Part shown: positions 39,770 through 51,499 of the stretch, in pieces
Position numbering within the stretch: position 1 is the first letter of the stretch
How the letters are laid out: every line of letters starts with the position of its first letter
Assembly: GCF_009834535.1 (NCBI RefSeq)
Contig: NC_045697.1
Coordinates: 36,830,001-36,894,000 of the forward strand
DNA length: 64,000 nt
Reading direction: 5' to 3'
From: Camelus ferus
Lineage: Eukaryota
Program-made: the position numbers and the translations under genes
The notes under the pieces: generated by a model
What the model was told of the DNA's origin: nothing
The model's input: only the letters and a program-made list of their open reading frames with translations
The model's database searches: none

Positions 39770-39960
39770 TTACTGAGGCACTCTGCCAAGTCCTTTGTGT
39801 AATTATGTTAATCAATCCTTACAGAACCCTATGAGATAGATCTCAGATAGATCTCATTATCCCTGTTTTGCAGATGGGGAAACTAAGGCTGAGAGAGGTT
39901 AATAAACTTGTCCAAGATCCCACAGCTGGGAAGTGGCTGAGCAAAGATTTGAGCTCAAAG
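39770..39960 (-). mobile_element. MIR SINE
   Basis: attatccctgttttgcagatggggaaactaaggctgagagaggttaataaacttgtccaagatcccacagct. Confidence 0.85.
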
Positions 39961-41284
39961 TCCCATTCCAATTCCTAAGAGCTTCCAAAACATCGTTAAC
40001 CCGGAGTCTCAATCCACAGTTAAAACTGTTGACCTGCAGAATAAACCATTTCCCTACCAGCCCCCTTGCCAGCCCCACCCAGCTGACTCATGGAGAAACT
40101 GAAAAGGCAGCATCACTAGAGATGGTTGCAAAAACATGGGAAATCTTGGCTGGCAGGAGCCACCTTGTCCTTCAAGCCTCCAGGCCGAGCCTTCAAGCTC
40201 TGGGGGATTAGGTAATCTTTGGCGAACGTGGAATTCCCCTCCTCCCCTGGTTGCCAGGATTCACAGGAACCTCTCCAGCTCTGGTGTTTCTTGTGCATTT
40301 GCTGGGCTCTCAAGACACTTTCTTGGAGTTCCCGTTTTCCAGCCAGTGACAGGAGTGAATTTAAGGCTAATTCATTTATCAGGCAATATAGCCTTAAATT
40401 TGTCTATCAACCCGCTCTTCTCTCTCCATTAGGTATTCGGCACTGGGCAAAAGTCGAGGTCTTGTCCATCCTGGCCCAGAAGGTCCCATGCCCCAGGAGC
40501 ATTCCAAAAAGCTCTGGGAAAAAGTGACTGCTGTGTGACCTTCTTCAGCTCAGTTTTGTGGCCAGATTTGGATAACATCCAAGATCTTATAACTGATCTC
40601 CTCCTCTTCTTTTTTGGATGCCATCAAGCCAGGGGTGTTTAGGAATGTGTTAATAATTCCCAGGAGAAATTGGCCAGGATTACCTAGTCATGACTAATGA
40701 AGCTGTCATCCACCCTTCCTTCCCGCTGCTTAATAATGCCTTCTGAGGAGCACTTTATGAAGATGGATCGTATGGTAACGCTGCACCCCAGAAACTGGCA
40801 CAATGTCAATGGAAACAGAGACCAGCTTATTCTGCATGCCACTCCATTTTTCATTATACTTCACAATAACTTGTTATTAAATGAAAATGAATTCACCATT
40901 AGGGACGAGATACTCTTTAATAACTGTTCAGCAATGTTTCATGATTCCTTTTTTTGAGGGGTGGGTAACTAGTGCAGCTGTCGTGTGAGTAAATCTCATT
41001 CTGGATAAGGTGAGGCTGGATCTTCTAGAACAATCTGAAATATTTCATGGAAATTGATCATTAACACCTTTGGGTTGAAGCTTGGTTTGCAAGATTCTGA
41101 CTTTGAATTGGCCATCTTAAAAACAGAAAGCATGAGGTAGACTGTCACCTTAAGTACTCCCAGAAAACGACAGAATGGGGCTAGGACGGGGTGTTTCTGT
41201 GCAAGAACAATGGCTTTCTGCATAGAGGGCAAGGAGGCTTTCTGGAAAGCACCCCTCCCAGCTGCCCTTTCCAAAGAGAATGTT

Positions 41285-41615
41285 TCAGTCAGGATAGTCA
41301 GTGTTATTTTCCAATACCAAACTCCTAAGATTTATTTATCAGTGGCTTAAAAATGACAAATGTCTGTCTCTTGCTTGTACTGCTGTGTATCTGTCATGAC
41401 TTATCTTGGAAAATAGACGATGAAGCCCCCACCATCTGCAATGGTAGCAGAGAGGAAAAAGAGCCTTGGAGGGTCTCAAAACAGCAATGAAGAGCTTGAT
41501 CTTGAACTCATCACCTGGCCCTAACCAACACCAAGGAGTGGGGGGAACTAAGAATTACAACCTTACTATGTGCTCAAAAGGCAGAAACAGCATATCTGAT
41601 GATCAGCCATCGTAA
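41285..41615 (-). mobile_element. Old MLT1-like LTR fragment
   Basis: tcagtcaggatag...tcagtggcttaaaa resembles an antisense MLT1 3' end; very degenerate. Confidence 0.45.
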
Positions 41616-41624
41616 GTACTAATG

Positions 41625-41790
41625 TGGGATCAAAATGAGGATTCATTCAATCACCTGAAGGCCTGAATAGAACAGAAGTAAGAGAATTCTTCCTGCCTGG
41701 TGGTCTTTGAACCAGAGCATCGCCTTTTACCCTGTGGTCAAACTCAAACAGAAATGTTAGCTTTTTCCTGGGTCTCGAGCCACTCCTGCT
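41625..41790 (+). mobile_element. MLT2-like ERVL LTR fragment
   Basis: caatcacctgaaggcctgaatagaaca...gaattcttcctgcctg...ttcctgggtctcgagcc. Confidence 0.75.
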
Positions 41791-41927
41791 AAAGATGAAA
41801 ACGTGCATATTCTTTGACCAGCCACTCCACTTCCAGGCCAGGAAGTGCCTAGAGCTGAGCGCAGTGCCTGGTGGACAGAGTAGAAGATGGCAGTTAGGAA
41901 TGTGAGATTTAAAGTTACAATAGCCCA

Positions 41928-42426
41928 TAGATAAACAACGCAATACTACCTAGCCATAAAAAAGGAGAAAATAATGTCATTTGCAGCAAGAGGGATGGAC
42001 CTGGAGGTTATCATACTAAGTGAGGTGAGCCAGAAAGAGAAAGAAAAATACCATGTGACATCATTTATATGTGGAATCTGAAAAAAAAAAAAAGAACATA
42101 GATGAACTTATTTGCAAAACAGAGACAGACTCTCACAGACATAGAAAACAAACTTGTGATTACCAGGGGGGGAAGGGAGAGGTGGCGGGATAAATTGGGA
42201 GTTCAGGATTTGCAGATACTAACTACTATATGTAAAATAAATAACGAGGTCCTACTGTATAACAGGAAACTATGTTCAATACCTTGTAATGGCCTATAAT
42301 GAAAAAGAATATGAAAAGGAATATAAATATATGTTACATGTATATAACTGAATCACTATGCTGTACACCAGAAATTAACACAACATTGTAAATTGATGAT
42401 ACTTCAATAAAACAAATAAATAAATG
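41928..42426 (+). mobile_element. 5'-truncated L1 3' end
   Basis: ttatcatactaagtgaggtgagccagaaagag...ctgaatcactatgctgtacaccagaaatt; perfect 16-bp TSD aagttacaatagccca at 41912-41927 and 42427-42442. Confidence 0.95.
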
Positions 42427-42442
42427 AAGTTACAATAGCCCA

Positions 42443-42620
42443 GACCCATCACTTACTCACAGCTTGACTTTGGGCAAGGAACTCCATCCAACCTCAGTTT
42501 CTTCATCTGTAAAGTGAATGGTAATGCCTCACCGCATTGTCATGAGGATTAAGTAGGATAATTTATGTACTGCCCAGTGCCTGGCAGGCGGTAAGCCTTC
42601 AGTAAATGGAGGCACCTGTT
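42443..42620 (+). mobile_element. MIR SINE (downstream of the L1 insertion)
   Basis: gactttgggcaagg...cctcagtttcttcatctgtaaagtg...atgaggattaag...cagtgcctggca. Confidence 0.8.
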
Positions 42621-44104
42621 TGTTATGACCCTCAAAGCTGGCTGGGCTCCTCGCTGCACAGGGTGGAAGGCCTCTGACTGAGCTCTGAGGACAGAGAGTG
42701 GGAAGGAAGTTTCCATCATCTGAATCATGGCATCTACATCCATGAAGCCTTGCACTTTTTAGTGATGGTAAGTAGCCTTTATGTACCTCAAAAAATTGTG
42801 GGACGCCCCCCCAAACATGAGAATAATGATATATTTTAAAATCCTTGATTGAAAAACATATGACACCAGAGGGCTCCATTCTCTCCATTCAGTCACACTC
42901 TGAATGTGTTTTACTGGCCTCAATGGTATTGACCTACACCTTGAAGAGAGGAGGGCCTTTGATGTGTGAGACAGAGACTTTACCCAACCTAGGGACAATG
43001 CTAGGTGGAGATCTGGTTTCAAGATCCCACTTGGGGCCTTAACTCCAGGGCCATTCGGGGATTTGAGGCCTTGTGGGATGAAAACAGCCACTTGGCTAAG
43101 TAATTGTGCGAGTCAGAGGAGATGCCCACCTATTCCTCCATGGGAGCTCGAAGTCGTACTTCCCTCCTCTGTTCCTGCGCTGCAGCCCTGCCCAGGCAGG
43201 TGCATGCCGACCCGAGACTTCCCTCGGCCATCTCCTTCCCTTTGAGGGGCTGTCCCCCGCCATGAGTGTCACTCATTTGCTCAGCTCTTGTATGTACTCC
43301 AGTGTGAATACATGACTACTCATCACCTCATTCTCAGAACTGTATTTCTGAATGCATTTGCCAGAATGATTAAAAACCAAAGGAGACCACACACTAGCTG
43401 AAGCTGGAGGACTAGACATCTGGTCATTTCCACAGGAAAGGACTGTCATGAGACTGAATGGTCAGAGCTCTGATTCTGGCTGTGTCCCAAATCCCAGGAG
43501 GGCCCATCTGGAGAGAGGCTGTGGTCCTCGGTGCCCATGAGACTTGAATTCCATCATCTCCCAGGGACGATTTCCTCACTGGTAGAAGAGACTACCTGGA
43601 GGAGGGAAGACAAATCCAGCAGCAAGCTCAGCCCCACGTGTGAGCTGGTTGTCTCTTCTAGACCCTAAGGCAAAACTGGCTTTTCAGTGGCTCCGAAGGG
43701 AGTCACTTCAAGAATCTGACATCTATGACAGGAGGTTGAGAAGTCATTTGCCCCACACCCTCGACATGCAGCCACACCAATCACAAAGACCACAGATGCG
43801 CCAAACATGTAAAAGGTGTGGAGCCCAAAGTGACAGATTACAGAGATCCTCATCTATGTGACACGTGAAAACCAGCAGGAAGAAACTACTCTTTCGGCCG
43901 TCACTCATTCATTCAGTCATTCAGTCAAACAGTTACCAAACCTCTAGGACACAGGGTAGGTGAAACGTTTTCCTTTGGAATAAGTAAAGTAGTTAGTTCC
44001 CCACACAGGCTAGTTCTACAGTGCCCTCCTAGGAACCGCTCCCAGAGACCAGCCTACAGCCGCTCCTCCAGCCCTCCCAGCAATGCTGTAACACCCGGTT
44101 CCCA

Positions 44105-44310
44105 ACTAACTACTATATGTAAAATAGATAAAACAAGTTTATACTGTATCGCACAGGAAACCATATTCAATATCTTGTAGTAACCTATGGTGGACAAGAA
44201 TATGAGAACGAATATATGGATATTCCTCTGTGACAAGTGTTGTGCTGTACACCAGAAATTGACACAGCATTGTAAACTGACTGCACTTCAATAAAAATAT
44301 ATTTTAAAAA
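44105..44310 (+). mobile_element. L1 3' tail
   Basis: actactatatgtaaaatagataaa...gtgctgtacaccagaaattgacacagcattgtaaactgactgcacttcaataaaaa. Confidence 0.9.
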
Positions 44311-44424
44311 ATCCCTTTCTGCTTAAACCACCGAAAGTGGTCTCTATTATCTGCACTTAAACTTGGATTATATAAGTGGTGTAATCTTCCTTTTCTCATA
44401 GGAAAAGCTAAATAGGAGAAGCCA

Positions 44425-44640
44425 TACAGTATGATGGCCCAGGCACTGAATTTGGATCAGGTGACATGGGTTCTAGTCCCACCCTTTTACTGAACAGCTC
44501 CATGACTCTGAGCAAGTTCCTTTATACTTCCGAGTCTCAGTTTTTTTTATCTTTGACATGAGGAACTATATTGTCATGTCTGGCTCTAATATCCTATGAT
44601 TATCATCAACCCAGAAGAATATTTAAGCACCCATGATGCA
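44425..44640 (+). mobile_element. MIR SINE
   Basis: tgggttctagtccc...tgactctgagcaagttcc...gagtctcagtttt. Confidence 0.7.
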
Positions 44641-45524
44641 GAAACTAGCAAGGCTCTTCGCTCAGTCCTGAATTCTCCTTGGTTTAACTCATTTGGCAGA
44701 ATGCTCTGTGCTGGGGCTGGGATCCAGACCCATCCAGAGACTTGAACCATCGGAGCAGCACATTGAGGGTGGAGAGGGTACAATATCTATGGGTTGTTAG
44801 CTGCATTTGGAAGCAGCTGAGCAGGAAAGCTGGGGGTTAGGGAGCCTGGGGCTGCTAGAGATCAAGCCAACCAAAAGGTCAGGAAACTGGAAAATCAGGA
44901 CAGGACCACGGAGAATTCTGAGGGCAGAGGTCAGTCACAAGGCAGGGACGGAAGCCAGGAAGTCTAGCCCGAAGCCAAGGAGTCCACGGTTCATTCATAA
45001 AGCTGTGGTCCAAGTGAGGAGACAAAGATGTCAGAGTGCAGATTGAGAAGTAAAAAGAGGATCCTCATCTACCCTCCACCTGCCTGTTCAGATTCAACTC
45101 ACTCAGCGGCTCACAGTTTGGAAGCTCAGAAATTGTTATTGCATCAGATCGACTGAAACCTGGTCTTGGAACAGATGTTTCCAGCCCCAGTGATAAGCAG
45201 GAAGTGTTTTCATAAGTGAGAAAATCAGTGGCATTTGGGGAGAACGGTTCTGGCTGACTGAGGACAAAGTATTGAGCAAGTCAGTTGAATTCTGGCAAAT
45301 TGTCAAGGGAGGAGGGGAGTGGAGGGGGGAGGGTGGGAAGAGAGCTGGACAGGGTAGCACTCTGGCCGTGGAAAGGCGGACTTCCAGTGTCCCGCCATCC
45401 TCCAGGGAGAATGAACACAGACTCTAACGTTAGAGTTTGCCTTAATAGTTTGCTGTCTCTGTGTTTACAGTTCTTTTTCATCCCTTCTAGCCCATAAATA
45501 CCGCCTTTTCTGAATCTGTTCTCA

Positions 45525-45797
45525 CATAAAAACAGTTATGGTTACCCCTGGGGCATGGTGGGTAGGGGTAAACTGGGAGTTTGGGATTAGCAGATACAAA
45601 CTACTATGTACAGCACAGATAAACAACAAGGTCCTACTGTATAGCACAGGGAACTATAGTCAATGGATTGTAGTAACCTGTACTGTTTCTGAGTATGAAA
45701 AAGAATATGCATAACTGAATCACTATGCTGTACACCAGATACTAACGCATTGTAAATCAACTATACATCAATAAAATAAAAACAACAGGAGGAAAAA
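45525..45797 (+). mobile_element. L1 3'UTR fragment
   Basis: gggagtttgggattagcagatacaaactact...aaggtcctactgtatagcacagggaact; TSD aatctg[t/c]tctca at 45513-45524 and 45798-45809. Confidence 0.9.
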
Positions 45798-45995
45798 AAT
45801 CTGCTCTCAGATAGGTGTTTCCCAGCAAGGAAACTGATAAACAAATTCAAAAGACACAAATAATTCAAATGATCATTTGTTTCCCTCCTCAGAGGTTGTT
45901 GCTTTTTTAGAAACAGACTAATAACGATGAATTTACACCAGGGAAGCACTGTGGAACAGGGCCCAGGGTAATGAGATCTCACCCTGAAGGATATA

Positions 45996-46798
45996 TAGTT
46001 GATCTTCATTATTCGTGGATCCTGTATTTGTGACTTCACCCTGCCTACTAAAATTCATTTGTTACCCCAAACCAACACTCGGTGGGAATTTTGCAGTCAT
46101 TCACAATCATGTGGAGTGGCGAAAAATTTGAGTCCCACCCAGAGCATCATTAAACAAGGTGCTGCCTTCTTGTTTCAGCTCTCAGACTATCTCCAAGTGT
46201 CCTTTCCATGGTCTATATAGTTCCATGGTTTTTTTTAATGTTCTTTTTTTTTAATTTATCTTTTAAGAGATATTTTACTTATCATTTGTTTTGGGGGTAA
46301 TTAGGCTTATTTATTTGCTTATTTATTTCAATAGAAGTCCAAGGGATTGAACCCAGGACACCGTGCATGCTAAGCATGCACTCTACCACTGAGCTATGCC
46401 CTCCCTCTGTGTAGTTCTGTGTTGTTTGCACTCATGTGCTTTGTTGATGGTCTCATGGCTTACTGGCCCCCAAACTGTTGCTGAAGGGCTGTCTAGTGTT
46501 CCTGAGTGCAAGAAGGCTGTGACGTGCCTTAAGGAGAAAATACGTGTGTTGGAGAAGTTTCCTTCAGAAGTTTCCATTGTGCTGTAGGTCATGAGTTCAA
46601 TGTGACTCAATCAACTATGTATGTACTAAATATGGTAATATACATGGAAATGGAAACACACATGAGACAAGGTTATGTATTGACTGACTGATGAAAATGT
46701 TGTTGTGACCAGAGGCTTGAAGGAAGCTAACTCTGTATTTCCCCTGGAGCTCAGAGACTTTCTAGAGCATAACTACCGTGAAAAACGAGAGTGGGCTA
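45996..46798 (+). mobile_element. MER82 TcMar-Tigger DNA transposon, near full length, interrupted by a SINE
   Basis: agttgatcttcattattcgtggat...ggcgaaaaatttgagtc...aagaaggctgtgacgtgccttaaggagaaaatacgtgtgtt...cataactaccgtgaa; flanked by TA on both sides. Confidence 0.88.
46230..46406 (-). mobile_element. Camelid Vic-1-type SINE inside MER82
   Basis: gggattgaacccaggac...gcatgctaagcatgcactctaccactgagctatgccctccc preceded by poly(T). Confidence 0.92.
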
Positions 46799-47847
46799 TA
46801 CTTGGTCCATCTCCAAACACTTCTGCACCCTGACAATGTTACTAGGAAATGTGTCCAGGGACCTCCTGCACGATTGCTGCAAAGAACCATAATGAAAATA
46901 TTTGGAAACATTTTTCAAGATCTTTACTTCTTAACCTTTTCCCAGGAATGGCCTGAAGTTTTCCTTGACAAGCCATGACTGTGATGGCCCATTGAGGACT
47001 GGATGTGCTGTTCCAGAAACTGAGATAAAAAGAAACTCTGTAGTAAAAATTAAAATTAAAATTTTAATTAATTTTTTTAAAAAGCTCTGTAGTAATTCTG
47101 CATGAATTTTTTTTTACTATCCTACAGATTTGGGGGATCCCTGCTCCTATCAGATTCTTGATGTGAGTGTAAAACTTTTGAAAGAGACTCCTAAGTGATA
47201 AATGGTTTCACTACAAAGTCTTCACGGAGACTGTCCACATGGAATCCTAAGCAGAAAGCTGGGCAGAGATGGGGAGACAGAGGCTTACAAGGGAGCCCTC
47301 ACTCCCCCTCTATGGGAGATGGCAGAGGGTCCGATTTAGTCACCAACAGAGGGAAATCTCTACTTGGCACTTAGTCTGTTTCTGACCTTTCCAGAACTAT
47401 CCTGCCTGGAACGGAGCTTGGTAACACTTCAAAAAGAAAAGACACGAGGAGGCTGCTGCTAACATAGATGCCTGCTAAAGGTGCTTAATCCCCAGAGCAC
47501 ACTGCCGAAGACAAGAAGCCCCTGTTTTTAAGCAGTGACACCAGGTAATTCACTTCCAAAGCTGTTTAAGCTTACTGGGAGGATTTGAGGGGCTCAAATG
47601 TTAGCTAAAAGCTGTGCTCTCCCAAAGGAAAGGCATTTTGAGGCTGACAGGGAGTCTCTTTTTCCCTGCATTTCTCTTTCAGTTAAGTTGTGGTGAATTT
47701 CTTCCTTTTGCATTTAAATGCATGGGATAAAAAAGAGGCTTCCTCCCCATGGTTCTCTGCTCCACCGCCACCCCACGTCCAAATTTCTGAGCCCAAGCAT
47801 CCCAGACACACGTTTCTCACAGTGATGAACTGAAAGGCCTCTCAGTG

Positions 47848-47909
47848 CAGCCCAGCCCAGCCCAGCCCAGCCCAGCCCGGCCCAGCCCGTCCAGCCCGGC
47901 CCAGCCCAG
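47848..47909. repeat. (CCCAG)n / (CTGGG)n pentanucleotide repeat
   Basis: About 12 units of cagcc with cggcc/cgtcc variants. Confidence 0.9.
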
Positions 47910-48722
47910 AGGCCTGGCCGCCCGGCCTCCCTCGGGGCCCTCGCAGGCCGGGCGTGTGGCCTGGTCCAAGGAGGAATTTGTAACCGAGGACTGGGGTCAA
48001 ACGCCTTCCGCTTTTCTACTTACTGACACGCTTTCTCACAAAGGGGTCGAGAGTTGGGGCCTCACAAATGCATCCTCTGAGATGAGCTGCTAGAAATGTT
48101 TGCTTAACAAGAGTCCTTTTCTTCTCCCTGGAGACACTGCGAGTTTGAACCGCAGACCTTTCAATCCCTCGGCAGAAGCTGTAAACCACAAATGTGCTCC
48201 ATGTTGAAAAGACGTGCAAGTGACTGCCCTTTGGTCTTCGCCTCAGCCGACGGCTTGGGCAGTCTGCCCACGCTGCTGGGGAGAGAAGAGGGACCGCTTC
48301 CTCTGCCACCAGGGAGCCATCAGGACTCCACCAGCTCGAGCCTGCCGTCCGCACTCAACAGGCTTGCCTGGGCCCTCGGCCCGGCCGCAGCAGGGCTTCT
48401 CTCTCCCCCGATGCCCACCGGCCTGCTCCTGTGACGCCTCCTCTCTCTCAGGAGCCTGTCAGAGAAGTATCGTTTGGCCTGTTGCTGTGACTCACCAAAA
48501 AACCCAGCTGCTGCTCCACAGGGACACGGGGGAGCCAGCACAGCTATAAAGCAACGGGCGCACCAGGAGGGCGGCCACGCTTGTGTGTGACCCCAGAGTC
48601 AACAGGTGTCCACTCGGGAAGATTTATCACCATTCAGTTTCCTTCCTTCTTTTCTTTTTAAATGGCTTTTGCAAATATTTTTTTAGCAGGTATTAAAATG
48701 TGCTCTGTGTTTGTGTTTGTGC

Positions 48723-48761
<39 letters not shown>

Positions 48762-49300
48762 CGCGCGCGCGCACGCACGCGCGTGCATGTGCGTGCGTGT
48801 ATCTCGAGGTTGGGGTTTATTCTGGAAAAGAGAAGAGCCTGGAGAGAGTGTGGGAGGCTGGGTGGAGGGGAGGTGAAGCCAGGTGCTCGGCTGAGCAGGT
48901 GAGGACAATTCCTGCCCCCCCGCCCCCCGCAGCTTCCTTCTGATTGGCTCTGGCAGGAGAGGGAAAAGGGTCCCAAAGTAGGTGAGAGCAGGGGGCACAA
49001 GGACAGCACAGGTCCCGGGTCAGCGTCGCAAACTCTGTGTTGCTGGATCTGAAGCACCAGCCGGGGGCCTTCTTCCCACTCACAGGCCTCCGTGTTGCCT
49101 GTTCCCCAATTTGCTCTTGCCCTCCCCCGCCCTCTGCTCCTGGCACATCCAGGACAGGCTGCAGGCGCCTCTGATGTCTCTTGACTGTGGATGTCTGGAT
49201 GGTTGCAGGGAGTCCAGGTGCAACTGGACCATAGAGAACAGAGCAGAGGTCCGTGCAGTGGGGCCCACGTGTGAGGAAGGGACTCTGTTTTCTCCTTGGT
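47850..49300 (-). promoter_or_regulatory. CpG-rich promoter/enhancer-like region; candidate minus-strand first exon
   Basis: Retained CpGs and no interspersed repeats recognised; CCAAT (attgg 48943-48947), GC box 48915-48930, AP-1 tgactca 48488-48494, minus-strand donor TTG|GTGAGT at 48496/48495. Confidence 0.5.
48718..48802. repeat. Compound (TG)n(CG)n alternating purine-pyrimidine tract
   Basis: About 85 bp of uninterrupted RY alternation including (GC)10 at 48753-48772. Confidence 0.95.
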
Positions 49301-50328
49301 CCTGCTCAGCCTCCTGCCAACCTCAAGTCCTTCCCTCACAGTTTCTGTCTTTAACAGAATTTGTCTTCTCTTAAAAAATGCAATATCCCTAGGGTCGGGA
49401 TAGCACTTTTTAAATTGTGCTTATGGAAATCATATTATGCAAACACTGAAGCAAAATATTTTACAAAGCACATTTCTATCACTTTTCCAATCAATTTAAT
49501 TTTTCTAGAAATTTTGTCTGTTATCAAAGCAAGTCCTAAATGTCATAAAATATGTTTTTAAGAGGAACTCTCTCCCTGCGCACACCATTGTCCCTCATCT
49601 ACTTTGCAGGAAGGGTAGCCACGGTTAGGAGTGTGTGCAGCGTCCTTCCAGATGTTTCTCTATGTGTGCACGTGTGTGTGTACAAGTGTGTTGTTTTTAA
49701 GAAAAATGCATTCCTCTTTACACAGTTCGGTAGTACAGGTATCCCCCCGCTTTTGAGTTCTGTTTATGCCACAGGTCTTTTACCAAAGACCTACATTAGT
49801 ACCTATTTTCCATAACTGAAAGAAATCCAAGGAGGATTTTCACTTTCTCGAAAAAAGGTGAAAAGCACAAATAGCTGCAGTCAGCGCTGGTTTCGCAGCA
49901 ACGGTTACAGACGCCCCTACACTGAGCAGAGAGCGAGGCGCCGCCAGGCTCCTTCCCCAGATCTACCCCCAGCATCTCGGGGTCCAGCCGCCAGAGCTTG
50001 GAACTGTGTGAGCATCAGGGCTTTATCGCGATTTATTTTGTGCCTCTGTTAGCAAGAAGTGTCCTTATGCCGTTTTACCTTAGGAAAGGTTTCATAGGAA
50101 TCTCTGCTTTCAAACAGTGGGGGAAACCTGTATTTGATTTTTTTCCATTCACTGCATTAGAAACCTCTTTCCAGGACCAACTTTTTTCCATCCTATTAAT
50201 ATTACATGAAAAACCTTCAAAAGTTAAATTTTACTTAATATACATTTAACAGATCACCTTTGTTTGTGTTATTGTCCTGGTCTTTATCAAACAGAATAAA
50301 AGTACAAGAGGTCAGGGATTTTCTAGGG

Positions 50329-50537
50329 CAGTGCGGTCTATTTGCTGTTTCTGTTGTGCTGGAAATACTCCGTATCTGCTCTTTCCAATATGGTAGCCAC
50401 TAGCCACTAGCTTAGTACTCTTGAAATAGGACTAGTGCTAGTGAGGAAATGAATGTTTAATTCCCTTAACTTGAATTATTTAGATGCTAAATTGAATAGC
50501 TTCATGTGGCTGGTGGCTACTGTATTGACCAGCACAT
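50329..50537 (+). mobile_element. MER3 hAT-Charlie DNA transposon
   Basis: tccaatatggtagccactagccac...catgtggctggtggctactgtattgaccagcac; TSD ttctaggg/ttctagaa. Confidence 0.85.
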
Positions 50538-50594
50538 TTCTAGAAAATTTGAGATGAACCCATCATCTTCTCTTAGAGGGGATATAGGAAGAAA

Positions 50595-50828
50595 ATTTGA
50601 AGCCAGACTTCCTGGATCTGAGCCCCAGTTTCTTTCACTTACCAGTGGTGTGACCTCACCCACGTCATTCAACGTCTCGGAGCCTCAGCCTGCTCATCTG
50701 TAAAATGATAAAATCGCAGAAGTACCTTGTGGTGGTGGTATGAGTATTCAGTGTGTTAACACTAGTAAAGCAATCGAACACACGGTGCTTGAGCACATAG
50801 TAAGAGCTCAATAAATATCAGTTATATC
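50595..50828 (+). mobile_element. MIR SINE
   Basis: agccagacttcctgg...gagcctcagcctgctcatctgtaaaatg...gcacatagtaagagctcaataaat. Confidence 0.85.
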
Positions 50829-51499
50829 ATTCTTCTAGGAATGGAAGGGAGAAAAAAAAAACACTTGAAGAGGGGAGGAGACGGGAGAGAGGAACTTTTG
50901 GGTGAATAAATGGGGTGCTTATTCCCTCAGGACGGTGAGTCAGCAGTGCAAACAAACCGCAGGGCCTCTCAGTGTGCTTAGACCTGCCCTCAGCGATAGG
51001 GGAGGGAGCAAAAGTCTGGTCTGGAAAGTGAACTCCTTCAGCTGGTTCTTGAGTCCGTCCACCCCACCCCCCACCCCCCAACCCCGCCCCCTGCCCCAGG
51101 GCTCCTCCCGGGGGAGCTGCTCCAGCCCAGCTTGAACGCCTCCTGGGGCCTTTCAGAGACAAAGCCTGCTCCACGTCAGTGCCGGCCGCCCTGAGGCCTC
51201 GCCTCTGAGCCCAGGTGGCTGCACAGGCGTCCCCGGCCTGTGGGCAAACGGCAGGCACAGTGTTCCCAGCCCCCAGGGCATCCCTGTCCTGCGGCTGTGT
51301 TAAGGCTAATTTCAGTAAAGGGCAGGAAAAAACAATCTAACTTTGTCATGGAAGTGGGATCTCTCTTCCAGGGGAAAACAGAGTCTGTATAGTTGGAATA
51401 AATTGACAGATACAAGCAGATTTTTTTTCTCTCAGGCTAAGAGTTTACAGATTCTTATATGTGATGAGCTGCTTTTCTCTTAAATTAAGAAAAAAAAAA

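Noticed and set aside
48662..49374. Cluster of overlapping ORFs up to 218 aa
   Set aside because: Caused by the stop-free dinucleotide repeat (CVCV/THTH/RARA) and high GC content
50919..50940. Plus-strand 4-nt microexon (cctcAG|GACG|GTGAGT)
   Set aside because: Not frame-preserving, opposite to the inferred host strand, and better explained by the overlapping AP-1/MARE motif
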